Origin: Terriglobia bacterium
GTDB lineage: Bacteria > Acidobacteriota > Terriglobia > 20CM-2-55-15
DNA length: 64,000 nt
Reading direction: 5' to 3'
NCBI GenBank assembly: GCA_965218585.1
Contig: CBDCLE010000017.1
Location: 192,001 to 256,000 of the forward strand
The notes below the pieces were generated by a model, which saw only the letters and a list, made by a program, of their open reading frames with translations, ran no database searches and was not told where the DNA came from. Position numbers and translations under genes: made by a program. Positions 63,910 through 64,000 of this stretch are shown in pieces (positions within the stretch are counted from its first letter, which is position 1; the number at the start of each line of letters is the position of its first letter).

Positions 63910-64000
63910 TCCTTTTTTTTACGCGTCGAATCTCTGCCTGAATGGAGATAAGGTTCGAAGAATCAGGGCAACTCGCTTTCGCATCTATAAACCCCTCTGC
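63875..64000. repeat. ACGCAGAG-type palindromic repeat element, truncated by the window edge
   Basis: aacgcagagacgcagagacgcggaga at 63875-63900; complementary ctctgc starts at the window end. Confidence 0.5.

Overview
GC-rich bacterial chromosome segment, probably Acidobacteriota (inferred from the paired secreted VWA genes, DUF6152/PQQ cluster and kdsB-pyrG-kdsA-kdsC; not proven). Bases 1 to about 46050 are a decaying accessory/defence island abutting the 3' end of tRNA-Gly(CCC) (46051-46122, minus). It carries a GajB-like UvrD helicase, an HsdR relic, a HEPN-motif protein, a Mesh1-like HD hydrolase and a ~1730-codon exonuclease-RecQ-UvrD fusion broken by two amber codons. Further along are DUF3800, a Dsr1-like sirtuin pseudogene, HigBA and RHH-RelE TA pairs, two RepA/ParA/RHH plasmid-type modules, and many IS elements (IS1182 x2 plus a MITE, IS701, IS256 x2, IS3, IS21, IS5, and IS1380/IS481 relics), several of them nested. 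The most unusual structure is at 11699-16673: two group II intron RT genes (both WADD) abut in tandem, each with its own DV/DVI 3' end, but only one 5' end is recognisable and an IS1182 sits inside it. Right of the tRNA the genes look intact: a flavoprotein/Ig-like/cytochrome c operon, an AbiEii-like TA pair, kds/pyrG, a PQQ dehydrogenase, a VWA pair, a radical SAM enzyme and mutY, with REP-like palindromes. No CRISPR array and no integrase were seen. All family calls come from motif recognition by eye; no database searches were run.
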